64,000 nucleotides of DNA. Source: an uncultured Acidobacteriota bacterium. GTDB lineage: Bacteria > Acidobacteriota > Thermoanaerobaculia > Multivoradales > UBA5704. Positions 58,801 to 64,000 of the stretch are shown piece after piece. Numbering within the stretch: the first letter of the stretch is position 1; the number at the start of each line of letters is the position of its first letter. Where the stretch lies: assembly GCA_963770895.1 (NCBI GenBank), contig CAVYRF010000001.1:992001-1056000 (forward strand), given 5' to 3'. The translations under genes were made by a program, and so were the position numbers. The notes beneath the pieces were generated by a model. It was not told where the DNA came from. It made no database searches and saw nothing but the letters and a program-made list of their open reading frames with translations.

Positions 58801-61800
58801 CGATCGTGCCGGGGCTCGATCTGACGCGCACCGTTGGATGGTTCACCGCGCTCTACCCAGCGGCCCTGGAGCTGACGCCGGGAGCGGCGCCGCGGGATGC
58901 CATCCGTGCCGTCAAGGAGCAGCTTCGCGCGGTACCTGGGCAGGGCTTCGGGTGGGGGCTGCTGCGCTATATGGCCAGCGGCGCCGTGGCTTCCCGCCTG
59001 GCGGCGCTGCCGGTCCCCGAGGTGAGCTTCACCTATCTCGGGCAGCTCGACCTCGCCCTGCCGCAAGACGGGGTGTTGGGTCCCGCCGATGAACAGGTGG
59101 GAGCGAGCCGCGCGCCGGAGATGCTGCGCCGCCATGCGATCGAGATCGGTGCCAGCGTCGTCGAGCGGCGATTGCAGATGAGCTTCGGTTACAGCGCCAA
59201 CTTGCATCGCCGTTCAGTCGTTGAGACGCTCGCGCACGACACCCTAGCCGAGCTCACGCGGCTGATCGCGCACTGCCTGTCGGCTGGCGCCGGCGGCGCC
59301 ACGCCATCCGACTTTCCGCTCGCCCGCCTCACCCAGGCCGAGGTGGATCAGCTCGTCGGCAGCGGACGCGCCGTTGTCGACATCTACCCGCTTTCGCCGC
59401 TGCAGCGCGGGCTCCTTTTCCACGGCGTCTACTCGCCCCACGTCGAGATCTACCACGAGCAGTTGATTTTCGATCTGCTCGGCGACCTCGATCTGCCAGC
59501 CTTCCACCGCGCCTGGCAGCAGCTGCTGGATCGCCACTCGGCGCTGCGCACCGCTTTTCATTGGCAAGGGCTCGCCGAGCCGGTGCAGGCGGTGGTTCGA
59601 CGGCCGATTCTCCCCTGGCGCGAAGAGGACTGGCGTGCCGTGCCGGCGGCGGCTGCGGGGGCGCGGCTCGCCGCGCTGCGCGCCGCCGACTTGGAGCAAG
59701 GCTTCGTGCTTGGCGCCGCGCCGCTCATGCGGCTCATTGTGGTGCGCACCGGCGAGGCGGAGACCCGGCTGGTCTGGAGCTTCCACCACCTGCTCTTTGA
59801 CGGCTGGTGCTTCTCGCTGCTGCTCCGAGAGGTGCTGGCGCTCTACGAAGCCGCACGCCGGGGTGGCACGGCACTCGCCGTCGCGGCACGGCCAAGGCCG
59901 TATCGCGATTTCATCGCGTGGCTGGCGGCGCAGGACCCGGCGCTTGCCGAAACCTTCTGGCGCCGCCGCCTGCAGGGATTCCGGACGCCGACGCGGCTGC
60001 CGTTCGACCGCCCGTCTGCGGACGCCGGTGAGCGTTCGTCCGACTACGGTGAGATCCACTCACGCTTGGCGCCGCCGCACGCTGCGGCGCTGCGCGAGCT
60101 GGCGCGCGGCCGCCAGGTGACGCTCAGCACGGTGGTCCAAGGCGCCCTGGCGCTGGCTGCCGGCCGTGCCGCGGCGTGTCGCGACGTGCTGTTCGGCGCC
60201 GTGGTGTCCGGCCGCCCGCCGGATCTGGCGGGAGTCGAGCAGATGATCGGCCTCTTCATCAACACGGTTCCGGTGCGCGCCGGCGTCGATGGACGCGAGC
60301 CTATCAGCGCCTGGCTCGCGGGACTGCAGGCGGAGCAGCTCGCCGCTGGCGCGTACGAGCATACGCCGCTCGACGCGCTGCGCGAGTGGACGGATCTGCC
60401 TGCGGGCGAGAGGCTGTTCGATATCCTCCTCGCCTTCGAAAGCTATCCCGTCGACCCGCAGCTAGGGCAGGGCCGCATCGCCGGCCTGGAGATCCGCGGC
60501 CTGGAGGTGGCGGAGCGCAGCAATTATCCGCTCACTCTGTCGGTAATACCCGGCGAGCCGATGCTGTTCAAGCTGACCTACGACCGCCGCTACGACCGGG
60601 TGACCGCGCTACGGTTCCTGGCGCGTCTGGAGCGCACTTTGGTGGAAATGGCGACAGCGCCCGAGCAGGCGGTATGCCTGGCGGGCGCTCTCGGCGCGGC
60701 GGAGCGCCAGCAGGTGCTGGTGGAATGGAGCGACACGGCCGCGGAATACGGGCGAGAGGAGTCGATCGGCAGGCGCTTCGCGCGCGTCGCGGCGTGGCGC
60801 CGGGAAGCCGTGGCGCTGGCCTGGTCGGGGGGCGAGATGCGCTACGGCGAGCTCGAAGCGCTGTCGAGCCGGCTGGCGCGCGAGCTGGCGATGCGCGGGA
60901 TCGGCCGGGAGTCGGTGGTGGGCGTGAGCCTGCCGCGTTCGGCGGACCTCATTGTGGCGTTGCTTGCGGTGCTGAAAGCTGGGGCGGCGTACCTGCCGCT
61001 CGACGCTGCCGAGCCGGTCGAGCGGCTGCGCTGGATGGTGGCGGATGCCGGCGCGTCGCTGGTATTGGGCCGTGGCGCGGCGTGGGGTGGTCGGGTGAAC
61101 GGCCGGGGGGCCGAATGGATGGACCTTCCGGCGCTGCGCAACGCCGCGGAAGAGAAGAGTCCGCCGTCGCAGGCGTTGCCAACCTTGCCGGCGGTCGACG
61201 GTGGGAACCTCGCCTACGTCATGTACACCTCGGGCTCGACCGGACGACCCAAGGGGGTGGAGGTGACTCATCGTGCAGTGCTGCGTCTGGCACACCCGGG
61301 AAGCTTTGCTCGGCTGGGCCCCGAGGACGTTTTCCTGCAGCACTCGCCGGTGTCTTTCGACGCCGCGACCTTTGAGATCTGGGGTGCGCTCCTGGGTGGC
61401 GGCCGGCTGGCACTCTACGAAGGGGAAGCGGCGTCGCCGGAGGAGTTGGAACGGGCGCTGACCGGGTACGAGGTGACGGTGCTCTGGTTGACGTCGGGAC
61501 TCTTCCGGCTGATGGTGGACGAGCAGCCGGCAGCACTGCGCGGCGTGCATCATCTGCTCGCCGGGGGCGACGTGGTATCGCCACCGCACGCACGCCGCCT
61601 GTTGCGGGAGGTGCCCACGGTGCTGCTGATCAACGGCTACGGCCCGACGGAGGGCACGACGTTCACCTGCTGCGCGGTGGTGGAGCCGGAAGAGGTGGGC
61701 AGCCTGCCGATCGGGCGGCCCCTTGCCGGCACCACGGTGGCGGTGCTGGACCCGGAAATGCAGGCGGTGGGGGTGGGGGTGGCGGGGGAGCTGTACGTCG

Positions 61801-64000
61801 GCGGCGACGGACTGGCGCGAGGTTACCGCGGAGACGCCCTGCGGACAGCCGACGTGTTCGTGCCGGACCCGCGAGGGGAGGAGCGGGGTGGTCGTCTGTA
61901 CCGCACCGGAGACCGCGTGCGCCACCTCGGGGACGGGCGGCTGCAATTCCTCGGACGCCTGGACGACCAGGTGAAGGTGCGCGGCTATCGGATCGAACCA
62001 GGGGAGGTGGAGGCAGCGCTGTCACGTCAGCCGCAGGTGAGCGCGGCGGCGGTGGTCGCGCGGCGGGACGGGCCTGGAGAAGCGCAGCTCGTCGCCTACG
62101 TGGTGGCGGCACCGGGCGCGACGCCCACCGGAGGCGAACTGCGGACCCGGCTGGAGCGCGAGCTGCCGGCGTATCTGGTGCCGGCGGTGGTGGTGGTTCT
62201 TGACGCGCTGCCGCTGACCACCAACGGCAAGATCGACCGGGCGGCGCTGCCGGCGCCGGGGACGGTTGCCGGTGCGCCGGCGGGCGCCTTCGCCGGTGGT
62301 GCGGCGCGCGCCGCGGTCGCGCCGCCGCGCGGGCCGGTCGAAGAGCGACTGGTGGCGATCTGGAGCGAGGTGCTGGGTCGCGGTCCGGGCCAGCCGATCG
62401 GTATCCACGACGACTTCTTCGCCCTCGGCGGTGACTCGATCGTCAGTCTGCGGATCGTCGCCCGAGCTCGCCAAGCCGGTATGGCGCTCACGCCGCGGCA
62501 GCTTTTCGAACATCCGACGATTGCCGAGTTGGCTTCCGAGGTGGGCAGCCTGGCGCCGCCGGAGGACCAGGGCGAGGTTACCGGCGACGTTCCTCTCACC
62601 CCGATCCAGACCTGGTTTTTCGACCAGAACTCGCCCGCGCCGCACCATTTCAACCAGACGCTCCTCTTCGCGCCGCTCGCGCCGCTCGCGATGCCTGCGC
62701 TGGCGCGGGCGCTGACGGCGCTCCTCTCCCATCACGACGCCTTGAGACTGTGTTACCAACATCGAAGCACGGGGTGGCGGCAGGCGATCGCGCCGCTCAC
62801 GGCGACGGCCCTGCCTCTCTGCCAGCTCGATCTGTCAGCGTTGCCGGCGGCGTTGCGATCGGACGCCCTCAAGGCCGCCTCCGCGGCGCTCCAGGCCAGC
62901 TTCAACCTCGGGCGGCCGCCGCTCGTGCGAGTGGCGTGGTTCGACCTCGGCCGCGACGCTGACCAGGGAGGTGGCGGCCGCCTGCTGCTGGCGCTCCATC
63001 ACCTCGTGGTGGATGTGGTCTCGTGGCGCATTCTGCTCGAGGATCTCGAGCTTGCCTACACCCAGACGGTCGCCGGGCAGGCGGTGGCCTTGCCAGCCAA
63101 GACTACCTCGTTCAAGCGTTGGAGCGAACGGCTGGCCGAACACGCCGGCAGCACGCTTCCGGCGGCAGCGCAGTGGACGGCGGCGGCAGAGGACGTCCCG
63201 GCCGGCAGCCTGCGCGAGGACGGGCCCGGCGGGCCGGACACCTTCGCGTCGGTGGCCGCCCTGGGCGTCGAACTACCGGCCGGCGAGACCGAGATCCTGG
63301 TGCGGGACGCAGCGCCGATCTACCGCATGCGCCCCGACGAGCTGGTGCTCACCGCCCTGGCGCTCGCCTGGAGCCGTAGCCACGGTGCCGTGCGCCTGCG
63401 CGTCGAGATCGAGCGCCACGGTCGCGACGTGGTGATGCCCGGCGTCGACCTGTCGCGCACCGTCGGTTGGTTCACCGCCCTTGTCCCGGTGACTCTGGAG
63501 CTGCCCCCTGGTGCCGGCGCCGGGACGGCGATCCGGCAGATCAAGGAACGCCTTCGCGCCGCGCCCGCTGGTGGACTGGGACACGGCCCGCAGCGCGCCG
63601 GCGGTGAAGTCGGGGCACGCCCGGCCGCCCAGTCTCCCGCTGCCATCGGCTTCAATTATCTCGGCCAGCTCGACCTGGTCCTCCCCCCCTCGGCTCTCCT
63701 GGCGCCGGCCGGCGAGGAGGTCGGGGCGGCGATAGCGCCTGCCATGGCGCGGCCACATCCGATGGAGCTGACCGCCGGTGTGGTGGGCGGCTGCCTGCGC
63801 CTTGACTGGACCTACGGCTCCTGCCGCCATCGCCGGCAGACGATCGCCGCCCTGGCGGAAGGGTGCCTCGCGGCGCTGCGCGAACTGATCTCCCACTGCT
63901 TATCGCCGGAGGCGGGCGGCGCCACGCCGTCGGACTTCCCGCTGGCGCACATCGATCAGGACGCCCTCGACCGCTTGGAGGGTGCGGGCGGCGCGATCGA
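37809..64000 (+). CDS. NRPS 2, 3'-partial (>8,700 aa): A*-A(keto)-KR-T-C-A*-A(keto)-KR-T-C-A-T-E-C-A[MT]-T-E-C-A-T-E...
   Basis: Absent from the ORF track, consistent with no stop before the window end; the frame at ATG 37809 still reads TPSDFPLAHIDQ near 63.95 kb. KR motifs SGGLGGLG and YAAANRFLD; E domains with HHLxxDxVSW, ExHGR(E/D) and RTVGWFT after GGDSI T domains. Hand-read codes: DASTIAAVCK (Tyr-like), DIFHFGLIIK (unknown), DAFWLGGTFK (Val-like). Confidence 0.93.
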   Translation, partial: MVNVEREPRGLLPDVHSVLDLFDAQVTRTPDAAAVVNGAASSTYGGIAAAANALARRLRNRGIGPEARVGICAHRSVEMVVFLLGALKAGSAFVLLDPGDSAARLRHRAADLALAVVLAPADAGERLREAGIEVLAPAAADLLDVPGGFPADPWPEGAAYLLDGAGASALVEHRALARWLAWLQEELSVQPGERVLFASNPTAESAPWELLWPLSLGGCLVLAPGEGVPCGEDLARAAAEHGAALLHLSPPALAAFLRALPGEAVGLPTLRQVVCSGGLLASAPARALMARLACGVLYIYAPRRGGIGVAAHACAGEEPRPQVPAGFAALGSVRVLDDDLQLVPAGILGEVWAGGDGLPRQMGADPVLTADRLRPDPFAELPGARSMRTGDRGRMLRNGEVELVRGLEPGAWVEGSWVDAGEVAAALLEDAAVAACAVAVLTAAGGDLKLTAYVVPLEPWSPERLRQQLPQSLVRPRGAMTWVRLSALPLTAEGDVDEPALEALAGVAAEEMESWEAKLGGEAGAADVALLVREVRETSPPLHLAELVPGWHRAMPLVVETAARVERLAEEAGEALSISEGTPLPSEPGAPLTLPAMLLRALACAPDRGMIYLEEGIGEVRQTYPALLEEARRILGGLLALGLVAGDRVILQLDHACDFIPVLWGCFLGGIVPAAIGVAPSYAEPNAAVSKLLSAWELLGRPLIVAREEILAAVRGASSTIGSCVESVESLRRGAPAPALHQGASGDLALLLLTSGSTGAPKAVMQSHAALLSRWTGTLRHEGFSAADISLNWMPLDHVGGVVFSHLRDVWLGCDQVHAPPAPVLGRPLLWLDWIERYRATMSWAPNFAFGLVVDQAGELERRRRDLSSMRYLVSAGEAVVARTARRFLTLLAPHGLPPTALHPGWGMSETCSGATFSHEFRLETTHDEDSFVELGAPLAGVSLRIVDLEDQPLPEGRMGQLQVKGASVTSGYYGQPELAVEAFTADGWFKTGDLGFLRQGRLTITGREKDVIIVNGANYYSHEIESVVEEIAGVEVSFTAACGVRIGGTEGLVVFFHPREEGGSLAELLQEIRRQVIRRVGLTPEYLVPVEPSEVPKTNIGKIQRAQLKQRFESGEFEASLRRVDLLLGNAQTVPDWFFRQVWRRERGWVGPVAPPAGRYLLFSDGGDLGERLREALSRSGRECVVVEIAEGVEGAVAGEAGSSPAMVGSDRYRIDPSRLEQYGWLVETLVGRGAWPRRVVHLWSAGAVQEAAGAEDLELAQELGSLSVLGLVQALAAARGQGVERPPVDLLVVGTRSQGVAAGDLVASERSPVLGLLKTIPSELPWMACRHVDLELAAAATQAEAVLRELCVARGAAEVAWRGGKRWVPRLEKADVRPRQGGEPALRPGGLYLVSGGLGGLGREMAAHLLEHHGAKLLLVGRTHLAGGEKGQALAALERLGSVVYEALDVADEGAVRQAVERAEMHFGCRLDGVVHLAGEGVLRPLMEESRESFLAALSAKMAGAWVLHRALAQRPDAVFIAASSVNGFFGGAMVGAYAAANRFLDTFTVQLRQEGRRAFSLAWSRWEGVGLSRSENVGELSPMQGYRSILPRQGLVSLDVSLSQAEPRLWIGLDGSHPFIRRHLEEPSQRLERLAVCFTGELSAPRLEELRREHGGALELLHLAELPHTAAGTVDRDRLASVIQGRAWRLAARQGPRTQVEQRLAEIWRELLGGAEVGVEDNFFELGGHSLLATQMLARVRERLGVDLPLRRLFEAPTLGGLASAIGAERSDSRGSERAEGSQDSPPIVPVSRDADLPLSFAQQRLWFLDQLEPGSTVYNIPLVLRLQGRLDAVALARTLSEIVGRHEALRTSFPSRDGRPVQQIAPARPVAMPGHDLRALPPAMREAEVRRLASAAAQQPFDLARGPLLRAALLRLDGEDHVALLVMHHIIADGWSMGVFVREVAALYAAFCTGEPSPLPALAVQYADYAGWQRQWLSGAVLEEQLIYWREVLRGSLPLLRLPLDRSRPAAPSPHGGEVEMNLPAPLTAALEALARREGATLYMVLLAAFQTLLLRLTGQGDISVGTPIANRERVEIEGLIGFFANTLVMRVDLRGEETFRQLLARVREAALGAYAHQDLPFEILVEDLQPTRDLSHSPLFQVMLALQSMPVRSLVLADLTLSAVEIKSNAALFDLGLSLVEDGGTLQGWLAYKQDLFDAATVKRLARQLALLLSGLPHGLDRRLDALTILSAAERHQALCEWGQGAATLRLVSARHEIWDAWAPDIGGVLAAYVLDGLEPVPAGVFGELCVRGAEGDRSLAPEAAAKWTPDPFAGEAGARLYRTGEAARFLPNGEIDLPASSATTVTIRGIRVDPRAVEAALLEDEAVAACAVTARRMAGGELELVAYLVPLDAWAPERQRQRLPPGLAWLREAVTWVRISALPLTPDGDVDESVLAALAGVAAKEIGSWEVRLGEEAGVGEVALLVREVRDPAQPLHLADLIPGWQRTTVPPEEAAVEGERPAEETGEGQPSVSEGDLLRLAEDAPRTLPAALLRAVARSPERGMIYLEGETGEVRQTYPELLEEARRILGGLRALGLVPGDRVILQLDRGRDFIPAFWGCVLGGMIPAPAGVASSYGEPNAAVSKLLSAWELLGRPLIVAGEEILAAVRGVSPEPEFRVEGLAALRRGVPAQELHQPAPGDLAMLLLTSGSTGAPKAVMQSHAALAARPEGMQRFDGLDATAVSLNWMPLDHVGGIVMFHLRDVWLGCDQVHAPTAPVLGRPLLWLDWIERYRATMSWAPNFAYGLVVDQAGELERRRRDLSSMHFLLNGGEAVVARTARRFLTLLAPHGLPPTAMYPGWGMSETCSGVTYSRRFRLETTHDEDSFVELGAPLAGVSLRIVDLEDQPVPEGRMGQLQVKGASLTSGYYGQPELADEAFTADGWFKTGDLGILRQGRLTITGREKDVIIVNGVNYYSHEIESVVEEIAGVEVSFTAACGVRIGGTEGLVVFFHPREEGGSLAELLQEIRRQVIRRVGLTPEYLVPVEPSEVPKTNIGKIQRAQLKQRFESGEFEASLRRVDLLLGNAQTVPDWFFRQVWRRERGWVGPVAPPAGRYLLFSDGGDLGERLREALSHSGRECVVVEIAEGVEGAVAGEAGSSPAMVGSDRYRIDPSRLEQYGWLVETLVGRGAWPRRVVHLWSAGAVQEAAGAKDLERAQELGSLSVLGLVQALAAARGQGVERPPVDLLVVGTRSQGVAAGDLVASERSPVLGLLKTIPSELPWMACRHVDLELAAAATQAEAVLRELCVARGAAEVAWRGGKRWVPRLEKADVRPRQGGEPALRPGGLYLVSGGLGGLGREMAAHLLEHHGAKLLLVGRTHLAGGEKGQALAALERLGSVVYEALDVADEGAVRQAVERAEMHFGCRLDGVVHLAGEGVLRPLMEESRESFLAALSAKMAGAWVLHRALAQRPDAVFIAASSVNGFFGGAMVGAYAAANRFLDTFTVQLRQEGRRAFSLAWSRWEGVGLSRSENVGELSPMQGYRSILPRQGLVSLDVSLSQAEPRLWIGLDGSHPFIRRHLEEPSQRLERLAVCFTGELSAPRLEELRREHGGALELLHLAELPHTAAGTVDRDRLASVIQGRAWRLAARQGPRTQVEQRLAEIWRELLGGAEVGVEDNFFELGGHSLLATQMLARVRERLGVDLPLRRLFEAPTLGGLALAIAAERSDSRGSERAEGSQDSPPIVPVSRDADLPLSFAQQRLWFLDQLEPGSTVYNIPLVLRLQGRLDAVALARTLSEIVGRHEALRTSFPSRDGRPVQQIAPARPVAMPGHDLRALPPAMREAEVRRLASAAAQQPFDLARGPLLRAALLRLDGEDHVALLVMHHIIADGWSMGVFVREVAALYAAFCAGEPSPLPALAVQYADYAGWQRQWLSGAVLEEQLIYWREVLRGSLPLLRLPLDRPRPAAPSPRGGEVEMNLPAPLTAALEALARREGATLYMVLLAAFQTLLLRLTGQGDISVGTPIANRERVEIEGLIGFFANTLVMRVDLRGEETFRQLLARVREAALGAYAHQDLPFEILLEDLQPTRELSHSPLFQVLLVLQNMPQHELALPGLDLRLVEIERHEVQFDLTLNVFGNGGRLSGLLEYRAELFDAASVRRWSAHLQLLLSGVTADPGRPLTAYELLGRSERQQILVEWNDSAAETVTGALFTQLFEAQVRCDPAATAVVAGAALLRYGDLNGRANQLARHLTSLGIAPEAIVALCFEPSAERVVAMLGVLKAGAALLPLDPALPDERLAFLVRDSGAAALITARGDAAAERLACEVERAGGMVVDLERDRTAIACHQAADPPLAASGASAAYVIYTSGSTGAPKGVVVHQRGMANLAVAQSRAFDVRPGDVVLQFAAPGFDASISELAMALAAGATLHLATRDELLPGGALEDLLQSCAVTHLTLPPAVLAVLQERSFPALRCLIVAGDTCPPALAAHWRAGRRFFNAYGPTETTVCATLSEIVAGDDRVSLPIGFPLANLEAHVLDDELAPVPLGVEGELLLAGAGLARGYLGHSDLTAASWLPHPSPRRSGDRLYRSGDRARRRPGGDLEFRGRSDRQVKVRGFRVEPAEIEAAIAAHPAVAAVAVTAHPAGSEGLTVDRRLIAYVVGGAAGAPGPTELRAFLLAQLPEHLVPSLFIPLATMPLGSSGKVDYRALPPPDLRREPGAAAHVPPAGPTERCLAEIWSEVLKVRPVGRTDGFFALGGDSILSIQIVSRARQAGLALTPRLIFEHPILAELAALAVPVGSALEDQRPVTGPVPLTPIQRWFFDQPETLPLHHFNQTLLIAPRQPLAWAPLVGAVRLLLQHHDALRLRFVRDGAEWRQRSEPSFPAETAVARLDLRALPLARAGHAISAAAAQVQASFDLARGPLFSVVLFDLAPSDPGRLLIACHHLLIDAVSWHIVLEDIAALYAGLERGEAPRLPAKTTSYKRWAEGLAALARSGALADEVERWRSGLPPDPAPLPVDLPGGAGSMADEDSVALELPAEATAELLRGASAAWRARPDEIMLAALAAALGAWMGGGHVLVDCEGHGREDVIPEMDLTRTVGWFTSLFPISLQLPANASIGTMAASATVAAVRQQLRAAPSRGLGYGLLRYLEGGAAALRLAALPPAEASFNYLGQTDAMLSGDAPFRPAAEPSGDSQSPRLPRRHLLDVIAGVAGGRLRVEFRYATTAHRRQTVKSLAAAFREALDGLIAAAAQAAPAPPEAVDFPQARLAEGELARLLAVDPACQDMYPLSPLQQGILFHSAYSEHSQLYCEQIAISVRGPLDAGLFKRAWQRTVDRNPVLRTSFHWEGLERAHQVVRRDVSMEFHWEDWRRAAAVARRLDRLRAVERDRGFDLSHAPLLRAALIRTGDDEHHFVLSFSHLLLDGWSFSLLFSEVFAHYRAARDGAAEVPPPRRPYRDYIAWLEAQDIGAAAAYWRQKLADFSEPSRFVLDGEAAARAGQEGRDRAADYAELLVELPVGATPALRTLAQAGGWTLNTLVQLAWALLLCRWTGRRDVVFGTVVSGRPAELPGVEDMLGLFINTLPVRVQMASATPLSAALDRLQADLLELRRFEYSPLQEVQGWSELPGGDALFQSLLAFENFPLDESLADQIEGLEIRSLEVFERTNYPLTLAVVPRHDLLFKLLYDRRLTAATAERLLRHLGSLLAAMAAAPELSAENLPMLSPAEREQLLGEWGEVAAANPPHLTVDRLFAVQAARTPGAVAVESGGERLTYAALAARAGCLARRLRQLGVGSESRVAICLDRSLDLVVAILGVMEAGAAFVPLDPDLPIQRQDLIFADAGVELVLCRLDDVGASGLAGLAAKHGASLLDAANAAHDATPAAAPPGPAAVTVLETPPAPGDLAYLIYTSGSTGYPKAVMVEHGNLARVLWASHTAFGWNVGDVMPCLAPYSFDIFLFELLNPLIAGGTAVLVPLRPVLDFDGLLAVLPSVTRLHAVPTLMRQIVEAVLTAAPPADLRRLRTVFVGGDAVPAALLADMRRAFPGAVVQILYGPTEATIICSAAPADAAGDARPLLGRPLPGVALRLCDAWGELAPAGAVAEIWIGGGGVARGYWQRPELTAERFAAQDGRRFFRSGDLGRYRADGVLEHFGRSDEQVKVRGFRIELGEVEAALARHPAVREAVVAALPAGGERDFTGGHGRDARPSDHRLAAYVVARRNAPDAAALELWPSIGEYSVYDELIYGELSGDQRRNQQYRAAIEGWVRDKVVVDIGTGADAVLARVCIEAGARKVYAVEQLAASCELARDQVEQLGLSDHIVVIHGDARTVELPEPVDLCISEIVEAIGGAEGAAVILKEARRYLRPGGRMVPERATSLIAGVTLPDDLMAAPRFNRTPGHYVEKIFAEVGQRFDLRLGLRHLPTTALVSDAGVFELLDFTRGAAAEYSLPLLLTVERAARLDGFAVWLRLELGQGERLDIMEHPSSWYPIFLPAFGDGVAVEAGDRVEAQCGATLSDDGLHPDYWVSGRLVRAHGEEVAIDFHSPHHGTGYRTTPFYGRLFELPAGVSAAAATAAAAAGDEGSLLEALRRHMRAELPDYMVPATFTLLPTLPLTASGKVDRRALPLPRAAAAPGRPPANAVEASLVAIWRDVLRNSDLGVDDNFFDLGGDSILSLQIVSRARQAGLRMSPRDLFEHPTVADLAVRAAQTAADGGGTPADDRSAARVAGPLPLVPAQHAFFAGRPASPHHFNQTLLFAVAAPLSAAQTARAVAALVAAHDAFGLRFEEGPAGWTQRLIPAGGRLPFFHIDLSVLAAPRPALERAAAALQASLDLGGSAGESGGPLAAAHFDLGPERPTRLLLVVHHLVVDAVSWRILLADLDLACRQLAAGKEIRLPPAASSFRRWAECLAAYAREHPWRDELARWTAILAAPATPLPRGADGGPNCEASQRTVEVSLAEEPTRALLREAPAAYRARSEDLMLAALALAFARFTGDRRLLVELEAHGREAIVPGLDLTRTVGWFTALYPAALELTPGAAPRDAIRAVKEQLRAVPGQGFGWGLLRYMASGAVASRLAALPVPEVSFTYLGQLDLALPQDGVLGPADEQVGASRAPEMLRRHAIEIGASVVERRLQMSFGYSANLHRRSVVETLAHDTLAELTRLIAHCLSAGAGGATPSDFPLARLTQAEVDQLVGSGRAVVDIYPLSPLQRGLLFHGVYSPHVEIYHEQLIFDLLGDLDLPAFHRAWQQLLDRHSALRTAFHWQGLAEPVQAVVRRPILPWREEDWRAVPAAAAGARLAALRAADLEQGFVLGAAPLMRLIVVRTGEAETRLVWSFHHLLFDGWCFSLLLREVLALYEAARRGGTALAVAARPRPYRDFIAWLAAQDPALAETFWRRRLQGFRTPTRLPFDRPSADAGERSSDYGEIHSRLAPPHAAALRELARGRQVTLSTVVQGALALAAGRAAACRDVLFGAVVSGRPPDLAGVEQMIGLFINTVPVRAGVDGREPISAWLAGLQAEQLAAGAYEHTPLDALREWTDLPAGERLFDILLAFESYPVDPQLGQGRIAGLEIRGLEVAERSNYPLTLSVIPGEPMLFKLTYDRRYDRVTALRFLARLERTLVEMATAPEQAVCLAGALGAAERQQVLVEWSDTAAEYGREESIGRRFARVAAWRREAVALAWSGGEMRYGELEALSSRLARELAMRGIGRESVVGVSLPRSADLIVALLAVLKAGAAYLPLDAAEPVERLRWMVADAGASLVLGRGAAWGGRVNGRGAEWMDLPALRNAAEEKSPPSQALPTLPAVDGGNLAYVMYTSGSTGRPKGVEVTHRAVLRLAHPGSFARLGPEDVFLQHSPVSFDAATFEIWGALLGGGRLALYEGEAASPEELERALTGYEVTVLWLTSGLFRLMVDEQPAALRGVHHLLAGGDVVSPPHARRLLREVPTVLLINGYGPTEGTTFTCCAVVEPEEVGSLPIGRPLAGTTVAVLDPEMQAVGVGVAGELYVGGDGLARGYRGDALRTADVFVPDPRGEERGGRLYRTGDRVRHLGDGRLQFLGRLDDQVKVRGYRIEPGEVEAALSRQPQVSAAAVVARRDGPGEAQLVAYVVAAPGATPTGGELRTRLERELPAYLVPAVVVVLDALPLTTNGKIDRAALPAPGTVAGAPAGAFAGGAARAAVAPPRGPVEERLVAIWSEVLGRGPGQPIGIHDDFFALGGDSIVSLRIVARARQAGMALTPRQLFEHPTIAELASEVGSLAPPEDQGEVTGDVPLTPIQTWFFDQNSPAPHHFNQTLLFAPLAPLAMPALARALTALLSHHDALRLCYQHRSTGWRQAIAPLTATALPLCQLDLSALPAALRSDALKAASAALQASFNLGRPPLVRVAWFDLGRDADQGGGGRLLLALHHLVVDVVSWRILLEDLELAYTQTVAGQAVALPAKTTSFKRWSERLAEHAGSTLPAAAQWTAAAEDVPAGSLREDGPGGPDTFASVAALGVELPAGETEILVRDAAPIYRMRPDELVLTALALAWSRSHGAVRLRVEIERHGRDVVMPGVDLSRTVGWFTALVPVTLELPPGAGAGTAIRQIKERLRAAPAGGLGHGPQRAGGEVGARPAAQSPAAIGFNYLGQLDLVLPPSALLAPAGEEVGAAIAPAMARPHPMELTAGVVGGCLRLDWTYGSCRHRRQTIAALAEGCLAALRELISHCLSPEAGGATPSDFPLAHIDQDALDRLEGAGGAI
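39070..50070 (+). repeat. Tandem duplication of a whole depsi-module, period 5,823 bp
   Basis: For example 40868 vs 46691 and 43198 vs 49021 are near-identical; the 5' parts are more diverged. Confidence 0.9.
56450..57460 (+). other. PRMT-like SAM methyltransferase domain inserted between A8 and A9 of an A domain
   Basis: DQRRNQQYRAAI, DKVVVDIGTG, AGARKVYAVE, LPEPVDLCISEIVEAIGGAE, LDGFAVW, SSWYPIFLP. Confidence 0.85.

Overview
High-GC bacterial window, tentatively Acidobacteriota/Thermoanaerobaculia-like (inferred from a lineage-typical secreted domain and the lanthipeptide leader style; not verified). It has three zones. (1) 1-5.5 kb is a two-component/c-di-GMP signalling cluster: hybrid kinase, two single-domain receivers, REC-HD-GYP, a UvrY/GacA-like regulator and a degenerate pseudo-kinase. 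It carries a perfect TGTAGG-N6-CCTACA palindrome that recurs further downstream. (2) 5.6-21 kb is a mosaic accessory region with two vapBC modules, a cydA gene split into ends 7.5 kb apart, and several decayed stress/hypoxia-type genes. It also holds an uncharacterised small-protein + radical SAM pair, two class-I-like lanthipeptide precursors (one absent from the ORF track), a stand-alone LanC plus a duplicated LanC fragment, an LLM monooxygenase and an unannotated secreted Cys-rich mini-protein. (3) 21.3-64 kb is a giant lipo-depsipeptide NRPS. The first gene is FAAL-ACP-(C-A-T)x4-C. The second ORF (>8,700 aa, runs off the window) has two tandem alpha-keto-acid A-KR-T modules and three epimerising modules, one with a PRMT-like methyltransferase embedded in its A domain.
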